In this document: one piece after another, positions 19,874 to 29,245 of the stretch
How the letters are laid out: the number at the start of each line of letters is the position of its first letter
Position numbering within the stretch: the first letter of the stretch is position 1
From: Spirochaetia bacterium
GTDB lineage: Bacteria > Spirochaetota > Spirochaetia > CAKZLE01
Direction: 5' to 3'
NCBI GenBank assembly: GCA_963677595.1
Contig: OY782041.1
Span: forward strand, 1,472,001 to 1,536,000
Length of the DNA stretch: 64,000 nt
Program-made: the position numbers and the translations under genes
The notes under the pieces: model-generated
The model's database searches: none
Told to the model about the DNA's origin: nothing
The model's input: the letters and a program-made list of their open reading frames with translations, nothing else

Positions 19874-21157
19874 CTACAGCATCACTGCAGCAACTTTTCG
19901 AATAGCAGATGCTATGAGGCTGCATTGACTCTCGGTCAATTGTGGGGGTATGTCCAGATGGACGATTCGAGAAAGGTACTCAAGCGTATTCGGATTCATA
20001 TCTACGGAATATTCAACCTCCTCACCCGTATGGTACGGACACGTCCACGGACATCCTTCCGGTGTGGGGGTCTTTTTCTCCAGAATATGAGTCCAATGTG
20101 CATAGATATGCCAATCAGGAACTCCGGAGTTATACACACCGGCAGCTTTAACACCCTCAGCATTCAAGGCTGCGATAAACTCACCCGTCTTTTCCTTGCT
20201 ATCAAGGTAGAACATGAGGCATATCCCGACATCCCCTTCTGGATCGTTCACAGGCCTGATCGTGATACCCGGGATTCCCTGTATACCATCAGTGATCATG
20301 CTTTGATTCCTTCGCATATGAGTCAGTAGTGACTCCAACCGGGAAAGCTGTGCCAACATGACGGCTCCGGTCAATTCACTCATGCGATAGTTTGTCCCGG
20401 AGAACAGTTCCCCATCATATCGTTCTTCTGCAAATCTATTCGGTCTCCAACAGGCTGCGGTATCATGATACCCCATACACCGGTTATAGAGGAGAGGATC
20501 ATTCGTGACGATCATACCTCCCTCACCTGCCGTTATGATCTTATGGTACTGAAAGGAGAAACACCCGCAATCACCAAACGTCCCGAGGGCTTTCCCTTTA
20601 TAGGTCCCACCAACAGCTTGTGCCACATCCTCTATAACGCGCAGGTTATGCCTTTTGGCAATATCCATGATCCTATCCATATCACATGGGACTCCACGCA
20701 TATGAACAGCAACAATGGCCTTTGTCTGTGCTGTTATTTTTCGCTCTATATCATCACAGTCAATGGTCAGGGTTTCATCAACTTCGGCTATAACCGGGAT
20801 CGCTTTCGCTGCTACGACAGCTGCACAGGAAGCAAAGAAGGTATATCCAGGGACGATCACTTCATGTCCAGGTCCAACTCCGCATGCGATCAATGCTGTA
20901 ATGAGCGCCCCAGTACAATTTGTTGTTGCCAGAGCATATTTGGAACCTACATATGTAGAGAATTTCTGTTCCAGGAGTTCTACCTTCGATGGATACTCTT
21001 CCGGTCCGTAATATCGGAACAGATACTTCCGATCAAGCACTTCCATCACCTGTCTCTTTTCTTCCTCACCAATCTCCAGTCCTCCAGGGTACATCGGGAT
21101 TCCAAAATCGCCACATACTGGCTTGCCACCATTGATCGCAAGTTGCTCTTTCATCAT
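19874..21157 (-). CDS. DegT/DnrJ/EryC1/StrS family PLP-dependent aminotransferase
   Basis: LAINGG, GVGPGHEVIVP, IEDVAQ, SFQYHKIITAGEGG (PLP lysine), NYRMSE. Confidence 0.93.
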   Translation of the reverse strand: MMKEQLAINGGKPVCGDFGIPMYPGGLEIGEEEKRQVMEVLDRKYLFRYYGPEEYPSKVELLEQKFSTYVGSKYALATTNCTGALITALIACGVGPGHEVIVPGYTFFASCAAVVAAKAIPVIAEVDETLTIDCDDIERKITAQTKAIVAVHMRGVPCDMDRIMDIAKRHNLRVIEDVAQAVGGTYKGKALGTFGDCGCFSFQYHKIITAGEGGMIVTNDPLLYNRCMGYHDTAACWRPNRFAEERYDGELFSGTNYRMSELTGAVMLAQLSRLESLLTHMRRNQSMITDGIQGIPGITIRPVNDPEGDVGICLMFYLDSKEKTGEFIAALNAEGVKAAGVYNSGVPDWHIYAHWTHILEKKTPTPEGCPWTCPYHTGEEVEYSVDMNPNTLEYLSRIVHLDIPPQLTESQCSLIASAIRKVAAVML

Positions 21158-21172
21158 ACTCTCCTAAAGATT

Positions 21173-21188
21173 ACTAAATGCTTTTAGT
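21173..21188. promoter_or_regulatory. Putative LacI-family operator O1
   Basis: ACTAAATGCTTTTAGT imperfect palindrome just downstream of the predicted transcription start. Confidence 0.6.
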
Positions 21189-21198
21189 TTATGAATAC

Positions 21199-21227
21199 AT
21201 GCTACTCCAGGTTCACTGTTTTGTCAA
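21199..21227 (-). promoter_or_regulatory. Sigma70 promoter of the aminotransferase/ABC operon
   Basis: Minus strand TTGACA-N17-TAGCAT. Confidence 0.65.
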
Positions 21228-21314
21228 ACTGTTTTTTATTTTATTGTATTTTATACATATATTAATAGCTATGCAAGAAATAGTATACCTGAAACTGATT
21301 TACGTAAGAATAAT

Positions 21315-21330
21315 ACTATACCGTTTTAGT
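21315..21330. promoter_or_regulatory. Putative auxiliary LacI-family operator O2
   Basis: ACTATACCGTTTTAGT, same pattern as O1 with central CG. Confidence 0.5.
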
Positions 21331-21491
21331 TTTCTATAGCTTATAGAGAGCACATACGACGGAACACCCCTTCACGTATGGCTGGAAGCAGGGTTCAATC
21401 GAGGAATTGCAGATGAGATTTGATGTTGGATCCTGAAAACAAAAGGATAAGAAGATACAACTGGTCAATACAAACCTAGCTGTACGTGCCC

Positions 21492-22964
21492 TCAGGGAAT
21501 AATTTCCTCCTGCCGCAGATACAGCCTCTCATAACCAATACCGGTCAGCAGCTCACAGGTCTTCCTGACTTCAGGGTCTACATCCTCTCTGCTGCCACCT
21601 GCTTCTAATCTTTTCATCTCACCTATGATCTGTGCATGCCGTTGGGGGGTTATCCTGAAACGAAGGCCGCTTATGATGCCGAGGATGATCAGTACTATCG
21701 GCCCCAGGAGGAAGAAGAGCCGCAGGGCTTCCTGCGTCTGAAGGCTCTGTACCTGGTTCGATACGAACCCGATACGTGTCAGGACGAAACCGATTAGCGG
21801 CATGACGATGAGCCCCTGGATCATCTTCCTGATCAGGGTCATAGCCCCTGCATAGATGCCGGAACGCTTCCTGCCCGTGATCAGCTCATCGACATCGATG
21901 ACACTCGGCAGGATCGCCCAAGGGATGAGAATACCGGCTGAGGTGCCGGATCCGATGAGCGCACAGACCACAGCGATCGTTATCGTACTCGATACCGGAG
22001 AGAGAAAGAGGAAGGAGGCACTTAATCCGATCGAGCACATGACCATGCCGACCACATAGGCGAAGCCCTTTCCCCGCCGGTTGGAGATCATAGTATAGAC
22101 CGGCATCATGGCTATCTGCACCACCAGAAGAGAACCCATAGCCACCGCATACAGCTCCGGGCGCTGCAGGTAGTAGGTCAGGAAATAGACGAAGAGTGCC
22201 ATCAGGATATCAGAGGCGGTATAGGCGGAGATATAGATGCTGACATGGATCCTGAACGACCTGTTCCGCATGATCGATGCGAACTGCCGGAAGATCGCCG
22301 TCCCGCTGCTTCTCTGGACACCGCCTGCATACGGGAGCTCCCAGGTCCCGAGATAGACCAGGACCCAGGGGATAGAGTAGAGGATGCCGAAGATGATCGC
22401 CATGGCGACATAACCCTGGCTAGCCCCTTCCGGGTACCTCCCGATGACTATGCTCGGTATCGTCCCCGCGAGGAGGGCCGAGATCCCGGAGAAGATCATC
22501 CGTGCTGCCGAGAGCCGGGAACGCTGCCTGAAGTCAGGTGTCAGCTCCGCATTCAGGGCAGCATAGGGCACCATGACCATGGTGAACACCGTACTGAAGA
22601 AGAGATAGGCAATACTGTAGTAGATGAAGACTGCTGCCTGGGCTGTGAAGCTCACCGGCAGCCAGAGCAGGAAGAAACTGACGAAGACCGGCACGATCCC
22701 AACCAGGAAGTAGACCCGCCTTCGCCCATGCCTCGATCGCGTCATATCAGAGAGATAGCCCATCAGCGGGTCTGACACGGCATCCCATACCTTCCCGATA
22801 GCAAATACCATGCTCGCAGCCGCGGGGGACAAGCCCGCAACCTCCGTAAGGTAGAAGAGAAACAGCATCCCGATGATCAGGAAGGAGCCTCCCCCGTAGA
22901 CATCCCCTATCCCGTAGCTCAACAGGGTCCTCACAGTCACCCTGTGCTCTTCCGCTGGTTTCAT
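21492..22964 (-). CDS. MFS glycoside-pentoside-hexuronide (MelB-like) symporter
   Basis: WDAVSDPLMG..SD..RSRHGRRR, DVDELITG, about 12 TM helices. Confidence 0.9.
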   Translation of the reverse strand: MKPAEEHRVTVRTLLSYGIGDVYGGGSFLIIGMLFLFYLTEVAGLSPAAASMVFAIGKVWDAVSDPLMGYLSDMTRSRHGRRRVYFLVGIVPVFVSFFLLWLPVSFTAQAAVFIYYSIAYLFFSTVFTMVMVPYAALNAELTPDFRQRSRLSAARMIFSGISALLAGTIPSIVIGRYPEGASQGYVAMAIIFGILYSIPWVLVYLGTWELPYAGGVQRSSGTAIFRQFASIMRNRSFRIHVSIYISAYTASDILMALFVYFLTYYLQRPELYAVAMGSLLVVQIAMMPVYTMISNRRGKGFAYVVGMVMCSIGLSASFLFLSPVSSTITIAVVCALIGSGTSAGILIPWAILPSVIDVDELITGRKRSGIYAGAMTLIRKMIQGLIVMPLIGFVLTRIGFVSNQVQSLQTQEALRLFFLLGPIVLIILGIISGLRFRITPQRHAQIIGEMKRLEAGGSREDVDPEVRKTCELLTGIGYERLYLRQEEIIP

Positions 22965-23050
22965 ACCGTCTCCAGATCTTGAATTTTACATATTGTAACA
23001 TAGTGAGGTGCCCAGAGAAACAAAAACTGTCGGAGTTCATGGATCATTCA

Positions 23051-24145
23051 TCAACCAAGGTTCCTGATAGCCTCGACCATGGCCCTCACCATCTCAGGCG
23101 GGGTATCTGCCTGGATGATCTGTGATGGGGCCATGAGGTAGTTCCCGTCCCTGCCCAGGATCCCGTACAGTCTCCTGATCTCCTCTTCCAGTGCAGGAAT
23201 ATTACCGGAAGGCAGGAGATGCTTCTGGTCGATCCCGCCGAAGAACGAGATCCGCTGTCCGTACCGTTCCTGGAGCCCTTCGGGGTCGGATCCCGGGACA
23301 TTCGGCTGAACCGGATTGTAGACTGACACCCCGATCTCGATGAGGTCCTCCATCATTGAGGAGACCGGCCCTTCCGAGTGGAAGATGAAGAGGATGCCGG
23401 GATACTGCTCCCTGATGGTCCTGATCATACGCGCATACCGCGGCTTGAACTCATGACGCCACATGTCAGGGGAGATGAGCGAGGAGGTGAGCGTTCCCAG
23501 GTCGTCCCCGAACCAGATCGCGTCAACGCCGAGGCCCGAGAGCTGCAGTGCGATACCAAGGGTCCATGACTCGACCCGGTCGTTCAGTACACTGACCCAT
23601 GCCTCTTCCTTGGCGAAGGCAAGCATGTATGCCTGCATGCCGCAGAACCGCCACGCAAGCTCGAAGAGGGACATCTCGCACTCACCGATGATGAAGTGGG
23701 TATCCCTGAACTCTTCGATATCATGCTGTGCATCGATGAAGCGGCCTGGTGCATAGGGGTCGGGGAAATCATAGGTCTCAATGTCTTTAATCGTCGCGGC
23801 ATCTGCCAGGGGGTATACAACAGGCTCGGCAAAGGGGTACATCGTCTTCATGTGCATGCCGAACTCGTTTACCGTGGTCCCGTCAGGTCCCGGTTCAGGG
23901 ACGAATCCTTCCCTGACCGTGCCGCCTACGATGACGCAGTCGCTGCCGAGGGCTGTGCGTATCCGGTTGGATGAGATCCTCTCATTCAGGACCTCATAAT
24001 AGGATCGTGCATATGAAGCCGGGATATCCAGGGCCTTTGCGAACTGGTCAGTCAGGGACCTGCAGAGATCGAACTGGATCGGCGGCCTGTCCGGTTTCCC
24101 ATCCTTGATGTGGAAAGCCCGCAGTACCCGCTCCCGGGAATTCAT
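23051..24145 (-). CDS. Uroporphyrinogen decarboxylase / MtaA-CmuA superfamily protein
   Basis: MNSRERV..PDRPP, GDDLG, ISPDMWR, FHSEG, NPVQP, GGID; SD-supported start at 24145. Confidence 0.85.
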   Translation of the reverse strand: MNSRERVLRAFHIKDGKPDRPPIQFDLCRSLTDQFAKALDIPASYARSYYEVLNERISSNRIRTALGSDCVIVGGTVREGFVPEPGPDGTTVNEFGMHMKTMYPFAEPVVYPLADAATIKDIETYDFPDPYAPGRFIDAQHDIEEFRDTHFIIGECEMSLFELAWRFCGMQAYMLAFAKEEAWVSVLNDRVESWTLGIALQLSGLGVDAIWFGDDLGTLTSSLISPDMWRHEFKPRYARMIRTIREQYPGILFIFHSEGPVSSMMEDLIEIGVSVYNPVQPNVPGSDPEGLQERYGQRISFFGGIDQKHLLPSGNIPALEEEIRRLYGILGRDGNYLMAPSQIIQADTPPEMVRAMVEAIRNLG

Positions 24146-24164
24146 ATGCACCTCCTCTTTCGAG

Positions 24165-24479
24165 TCACTCCATGTAGAAGAGTTCCTCGAGCGGTATGGA
24201 GACCGGTGAGTTATCCTCATTGGTCTCCATGATATCAGCCATGTAGGCCCACCACTTCTGGACGATCTCGGTAGAGCCGAGATCCTGTGAGCCCCCCTCC
24301 CCCGCTGCCTTCTGGACAGCGAAGAGGGTGTCGGTCTCCTCATCGAGGAAGATGGAGTAGTCCCTGACCCCGCTGTCGGTAAGCAGCTGCTTCAGCTCGG
24401 GCCAGATCTCGTTATGTCGTTTCCTATACTCCTCCTTCATACCGGGGAGGAGCTTCATCTTGAACGCTTTCCGTATCAT
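24165..24479 (-). CDS. rhaM: L-rhamnose mutarotase
   Basis: EYRKRHNEIWPEL, YSIFLD, KWWAYMADIMETN. Confidence 0.95.
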   Translation of the reverse strand: MIRKAFKMKLLPGMKEEYRKRHNEIWPELKQLLTDSGVRDYSIFLDEETDTLFAVQKAAGEGGSQDLGSTEIVQKWWAYMADIMETNEDNSPVSIPLEELFYME

Positions 24480-25537
24480 GCTTCCACCATCCCTGACTCT
24501 CGCTGCTGTTTGCGCAGCTTCCTCCTTGCCTTGACGGTATCAAGGAACCCGGGGAGCAATACGGCAATGATCAAGAGCAGTCCGGTCGTGATGACCATGA
24601 CCTTGGCTGAGAGGTTGATCAGCCCCATGCCGAACTTCAGGTAGCCGAGCAGGAAGATAGCCATAAGGACACCGAAGAGGTTCCCCTTGCCCCCGGTGAT
24701 CGACACACCGCCGAGCACGACGAGGGTGATGACCTCCATGTCCCATCCGGTCGCGATGTTGGGCCTGGTAGAACCGATCCTCGAGGTCAGCAGCACTGCC
24801 GCGATCCCGCTGAAGAGTCCCATCAGGGCGAAGTTTATGAACCGTGCCCTGTTTACCTTCACACCTGCGAACCGTGCAGCTTCCTTCGCATTACCGATCG
24901 CGTAGAGCTTCCGGCCGTAGGTGGTCTTATGGAGTACGAAAGCCATGATCACCGCAAGGACGAGGAAGAGGACCAGTTCGAAGGGAATCAGGGTATCCCC
25001 GATATAGCCCTGGCCGAAGTAGGCGAAGCTCTCGGGATACTTGGTATAGGCCTGGTCTCCCAGGATCGCCTGTGAGATCCCCCGGAAGATCGACTGGGTC
25101 GCGAGGGTGACGGCTATCGCCGGCATATGGAACCGGGTAACGAAGAAGCCGTTGAACATCCCGGCAGCAAGACCGACGAGCACCCCGATCAGGATGATAG
25201 CGAACGCCCCTGCACCCATGCTTGAGGCATAGCCCATCGAGAATGAGCATAAGGCTATGATCGAGGCGATCGATATGTCAATATCACCGGACATGATGAT
25301 GAAGATCATCGGCAGTGCCATGATGGCCTTCTCCATGAAGGTGAACGTCGAGTTCATCAGGTTGAAATAGTCGAGGAAATAGGGTGAGAGGTTCGAGAAC
25401 AACAGGAACTCGAACACGATCAGGAGGGCAAGGATGACCTCCCACTTGGTGAAGATCGTGATGAGCCGCTCCTTGAGGCTGCTCTCGTCTACCAGCCTGG
25501 AACCACTTACCAGGTCACGTTTAGTTTCAGCTGACAT
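24476..25537 (-). CDS. rhaQ: Rhamnose-type ABC transporter permease
   Basis: RbsC-like IDISIAS, GRKLYAIG, VLGGVSITGG; operon order S-T-P-Q-mutarotase. Confidence 0.8.
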   Translation of the reverse strand: MSAETKRDLVSGSRLVDESSLKERLITIFTKWEVILALLIVFEFLLFSNLSPYFLDYFNLMNSTFTFMEKAIMALPMIFIIMSGDIDISIASIIALCSFSMGYASSMGAGAFAIILIGVLVGLAAGMFNGFFVTRFHMPAIAVTLATQSIFRGISQAILGDQAYTKYPESFAYFGQGYIGDTLIPFELVLFLVLAVIMAFVLHKTTYGRKLYAIGNAKEAARFAGVKVNRARFINFALMGLFSGIAAVLLTSRIGSTRPNIATGWDMEVITLVVLGGVSITGGKGNLFGVLMAIFLLGYLKFGMGLINLSAKVMVITTGLLLIIAVLLPGFLDTVKARRKLRKQQRESGMVEA

Positions 25538-26529
25538 TATTTCTGCCTCCCTTTCAGGAGCTCCTGCTCCCTTCTCTTCTCAGACAGGGTATTGATCAGC
25601 ATGGCGATCAGCACGATAGCTCCCTGGATGAACATCTGCAGGAACGGTGACAGGTTGATCACCGGCAATGCATTGTTGATGATCCCGAGGAACAGCGCCC
25701 CCAGGATGACTCCCGGGACCGCACCGGATCCCCCTGCGATGCTGACTCCGCCGATGACGCATGCTGCGACCGTCTGGAGCTCGAAGCCTGTTGCCGTCTC
25801 ATTGACCGCAGCCGCGAAGCGCGAGGTCCACATAACGCCGCCGATACCGGCCAAAAGCCCGCTCATGGCGAAGATCAGCATATTGATCTTCTTCTCGTTG
25901 ACCCCGACGAACTTCGCCGCGACCTTGTTGCCGCCGATGGCGAAGATCTCGCGGCCGCTCTTGGTATACCTGCTGAAGTAATACATGATCGCCGATACGA
26001 TCACGCCCCACCAGATCAGGTTACTGATCCCGAGGAAGTTGCCGTGAGGCAGGTTCATATATGATTCCGTCATCTCATGGGCAGTTACCCACTGGCCTTT
26101 ACTGATGACGAAGGTCATACCGCGGTAGATACTCATGGTTCCCAGGGTTGTGATGATCGGGGGAACTTTCCCGTAGGCGACAGCCACCCCGTTGAGCAGT
26201 CCCAGGACAAGGCCGATAGCCATGCCGATGAGGAGGATGAATACGGCAGGGACACCAGGATGGTACTGGTTCACCATGGAAGCCGCCATCCCGGAGAGCC
26301 CGATCACCGACCCGACTGACAGGTCGATCCCGCCGGTCAGGATGACGAAGAACTGGCCGATCGAGACCATGATCAGGATCGAAGTATCATTGATGATCCT
26401 CTCGATGTTCTTGACCGAGGAGAACCCCGGGGCCCGGAGCGTCACGACGATCATGAGCAGGAGGATCAGGATGATCAGGCTGGCATCACGTCGCTGCGTC
26501 ACCTTCTTTACGGTTGCTGAGAGATTCAT
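25537..26529 (-). CDS. rhaP: Rhamnose-type ABC transporter permease
   Basis: GGIDLSVGS, GFELQTVAACVIGGVSIAGG. Confidence 0.8.
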   Translation of the reverse strand: MNLSATVKKVTQRRDASLIILILLLMIVVTLRAPGFSSVKNIERIINDTSILIMVSIGQFFVILTGGIDLSVGSVIGLSGMAASMVNQYHPGVPAVFILLIGMAIGLVLGLLNGVAVAYGKVPPIITTLGTMSIYRGMTFVISKGQWVTAHEMTESYMNLPHGNFLGISNLIWWGVIVSAIMYYFSRYTKSGREIFAIGGNKVAAKFVGVNEKKINMLIFAMSGLLAGIGGVMWTSRFAAAVNETATGFELQTVAACVIGGVSIAGGSGAVPGVILGALFLGIINNALPVINLSPFLQMFIQGAIVLIAMLINTLSEKRREQELLKGRQK

Positions 26530-28037
26530 GCTGCACCTCCGTTCTCTGTATGGCCGGTAGCCGCCTTGATGATATTGTCCGAGTTGGCCTCTTCCCGTGT
26601 GAACTCACCGGTCATCTCGCCCTCGTGCATGACGAGGATCCTGTCTGCCATCCCGAGCACTTCGGGCAGCTCCGAGGAGATGAGGATGACTGCCAGTCCC
26701 CTGGATGCCATATCGGAGATGAACTCATGGACCGCGGCCTTGGTAGCCACGTCGATACCCTTCGTCGGTTCATCGAGGATGAGGATCTTCGGTTCGGTCG
26801 CCAGCCACTTGGCCAGGACGACCTTCTGCTGGTTACCTCCGGAGAGGGTATCAGCATCGACATGCCAACCGGCTGCCCTGATCTCCATCTTCTCCCCGTA
26901 GGTCTTCGTGAGCTCTGCTTCCTTCTTCCGGTTGATCACGCCGAACTTCGAGAGCTTGTCGATCTGCGGGAGCGTGATGTTCTTGGAGATCGACATCTCG
27001 AGGATGACCCCCTGGGTCTGCCGGTCTTCCGGCACGAACGCGATTCCCTGCTGCATGGCAACCGTCGGGTCCGATATATGGATCTCCTTACCGTAGAGGC
27101 TGATAGTCCCCTCGGACTTCTTGTCTATCCCGAAGATCGTCCGCATGATCTCACTGCGTCCCGCACCGATGAGGCCGAAGAACCCGAGGATCTCGCCCTC
27201 ATGCAGGTCGAATGAGACATCGGAGAAGTACCCGGTCTGTGAGAGGTTCTTCACCGAGAGGAGGGCCTTGCCGATCTCGACCTCGCTCTTGGGGTACATC
27301 TGGTCAAGGGACCGTCCGACCATCATGGTCACGATATCATTGACGGTGGACTCCTTCACGCTCCCTTCCCCGATGTACTTCCCGTCACGCAGGACGGTGA
27401 AATAATCGCAGATCTCGAAGATCTCCTCGAACTTGTGGGAGATGAAGATGATGGCCTTACCGTCATCCTTGAGCCTTCTCACGATCTTGTAGAGGTCCTC
27501 GACCTCCCTGAGGGACAGGGCAGAGGTCGGCTCGTCCATGATGACCACCTGGGCGTTGAGGGAGAGCGCCTTTGCGATCTCGACCATGTGCCGCTGTGCG
27601 ACGCTCAGGTTCTTCACCAGTTTGTTACAATCTATATCGAGCTCAAGCTCATCGAGCAGGGCTTGGGTCTCGCGCTGCATGGCTTTCCAATCTATCCGTT
27701 TTGACTTGCCTTTGGTGATGTGGTGTCCCATGAAGATGTTCTCAGTCACTGAGAGCTCCGGGAACATGGAGGCTTCCTGGTGGATCGCCGCGATCCCGGC
27801 CTCCTGGGCATCGAGGGCATTCTTGAATGAGAGATTTTCCCCTTTGTAGCGGACTTCGCCGGCTGTAGGGAAATAGACGCCGGTCAGGATCTTGACCAGT
27901 GTTGACTTCCCTGCACCATTCTCTCCGATCAATGCATGCACTTCCCCGGTCCGGACGGTCATGTGGACACCGTCAAGGGCCTTGATCCCGGGAAAGTACT
28001 TCGTGAGGTTCTTCACCTCTAAAATTGTCTCTGACAC
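26526..28037 (-). CDS. rhaT: Sugar ABC transporter ATP-binding protein (two ABC domains)
   Basis: GENGAGKST, MDEPT, LSGGNQQK, LDEPTKGID. Confidence 0.9.
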   Translation of the reverse strand: MSETILEVKNLTKYFPGIKALDGVHMTVRTGEVHALIGENGAGKSTLVKILTGVYFPTAGEVRYKGENLSFKNALDAQEAGIAAIHQEASMFPELSVTENIFMGHHITKGKSKRIDWKAMQRETQALLDELELDIDCNKLVKNLSVAQRHMVEIAKALSLNAQVVIMDEPTSALSLREVEDLYKIVRRLKDDGKAIIFISHKFEEIFEICDYFTVLRDGKYIGEGSVKESTVNDIVTMMVGRSLDQMYPKSEVEIGKALLSVKNLSQTGYFSDVSFDLHEGEILGFFGLIGAGRSEIMRTIFGIDKKSEGTISLYGKEIHISDPTVAMQQGIAFVPEDRQTQGVILEMSISKNITLPQIDKLSKFGVINRKKEAELTKTYGEKMEIRAAGWHVDADTLSGGNQQKVVLAKWLATEPKILILDEPTKGIDVATKAAVHEFISDMASRGLAVILISSELPEVLGMADRILVMHEGEMTGEFTREEANSDNIIKAATGHTENGGAA

Positions 28038-28082
28038 ACTGAACTCCTTGTACGTTGGAGGATGTCCTTGTCGAACATGGTT

Positions 28083-28115
28083 AAAAAAAGCAGGCCCGTC
28101 AAAAGACCTGCTTTT
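28083..28115 (-). terminator. Intrinsic terminator/attenuator after the binding-protein gene
   Basis: Minus strand AAAAGCAGGTC-TTTTGACG-GGCCTGCTTTTTTT. Confidence 0.75.
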
Positions 28116-28132
28116 ATCCTTTATTCGGTTAC

Positions 28133-29149
28133 CTAGAAGATCGCTGCGTACTTGGCGATGTTCTCAGCATTGAAAACGAACGGTGTGCCCATGATCGACA
28201 TCCCGTCTTCGCCGATAGTGACTGTTCCCATTCGACCTGCATCGATCACGTCGCCGGTGTTACCTTCGACTGCGCCAGTTGCAAGTGCATAGAGGATGTA
28301 GGTTGAGGTGTATCCGAGGTCAACCGGGTTCCAGAGAGCCATCTGTCGGCAGGTGCCGTTCTCGATGTACTGCTTCATCTCTGAGGGGAGTCCAAGACCG
28401 GTAAGCTCTACCTGGCCCTTCTTGCCTTCATCTTCGATAGCTTTTGCTGAAGCGAGGATACCGATGGTGGTCGGTGAGATGATACCTGCGAGGTTCGGGT
28501 ATTTCTCCATGAGACCAACAGCCTCTCGGTAGCTCTTGTCAGAAGCATCGTCACCGTAGACGACCTCTACGAGCTCCATATCGCTGTATTCAGGTTTCTT
28601 GATCTCTTCGTACATCCACTTGATCCATGCGTTCTGGTTGGTTGCCTGCGAGGTTGCGGAAACGACTGCTACCTGGCCCTTGTAATCACAGAGTTCTGCG
28701 ATCAGCTGGATCTGCTGTCGGCCGATGAGTTCCTCATCTGACGGTGCAAGGTCCACGATCCGTCCGCCTGAAGCGATACCTGAGTCGAATGAGATTACCG
28801 GGATACCGGCTTTCATGGCTTTCTTGGTAACGGGGATCAGAGCGTCCCTGTCGTTAGCGGAGATGGCGATACCGTCGACCTTCTGGGCGATCAGGGTCTC
28901 GATGATCTCGATCTGTCCCTCTGCGGTTGATGATGAAGGTCCCTGGTAGATGGACTCTACATTACCGAGCTCACCAGCAGCTTCCTGGCCGCCGTCAGCA
29001 ACAGCTTCGAAGAACCCGTTCCCGAGACTCTTCACGAGGAGGACCAGCTTCAGGGGTTCATCTGCTTTTGCAGCTTCCTGGGTTCCTGCAGCAAAGACTG
29101 TGCCGGAAACAAGTACCAATACGATCAACAATGATAACAGTTTTTTCAT
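28133..29149 (-). CDS. rhaS: Rhamnose ABC transporter substrate-binding protein
   Basis: VKSLGNGFF, TAEGQIE, ATNQNAWI, LWNPVDLGY; clustered with rhaM. Confidence 0.88.
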   Translation of the reverse strand: MKKLLSLLIVLVLVSGTVFAAGTQEAAKADEPLKLVLLVKSLGNGFFEAVADGGQEAAGELGNVESIYQGPSSSTAEGQIEIIETLIAQKVDGIAISANDRDALIPVTKKAMKAGIPVISFDSGIASGGRIVDLAPSDEELIGRQQIQLIAELCDYKGQVAVVSATSQATNQNAWIKWMYEEIKKPEYSDMELVEVVYGDDASDKSYREAVGLMEKYPNLAGIISPTTIGILASAKAIEDEGKKGQVELTGLGLPSEMKQYIENGTCRQMALWNPVDLGYTSTYILYALATGAVEGNTGDVIDAGRMGTVTIGEDGMSIMGTPFVFNAENIAKYAAIF

Positions 29150-29177
29150 AAAACTCTCCTTTTTGTTTGGTGTTTCA

Positions 29178-29241
29178 ATTGTAGCACCGCTCGTTTGGCA
29201 ACTGTTAGGATCATTTTCTCTGGTAATGGGGTCAATTTCTC
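29178..29241 (-). promoter_or_regulatory. rhaS promoter: extended -10 plus tandem direct repeats at 21-bp period (AraC-type activator site)
   Basis: Minus strand GAGAAATTGACCCC (29241-29228), GAGAAAATGATCCT (29220-29207), then TG-C-TACAAT. Confidence 0.55.
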
Positions 29242-29245
29242 AGGT

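Noticed and set aside
13340-21490. Mobile-element call for the low-GC island
   Set aside because: No integrase, transposase, tRNA or flanking direct repeat was found; only composition suggests acquisition
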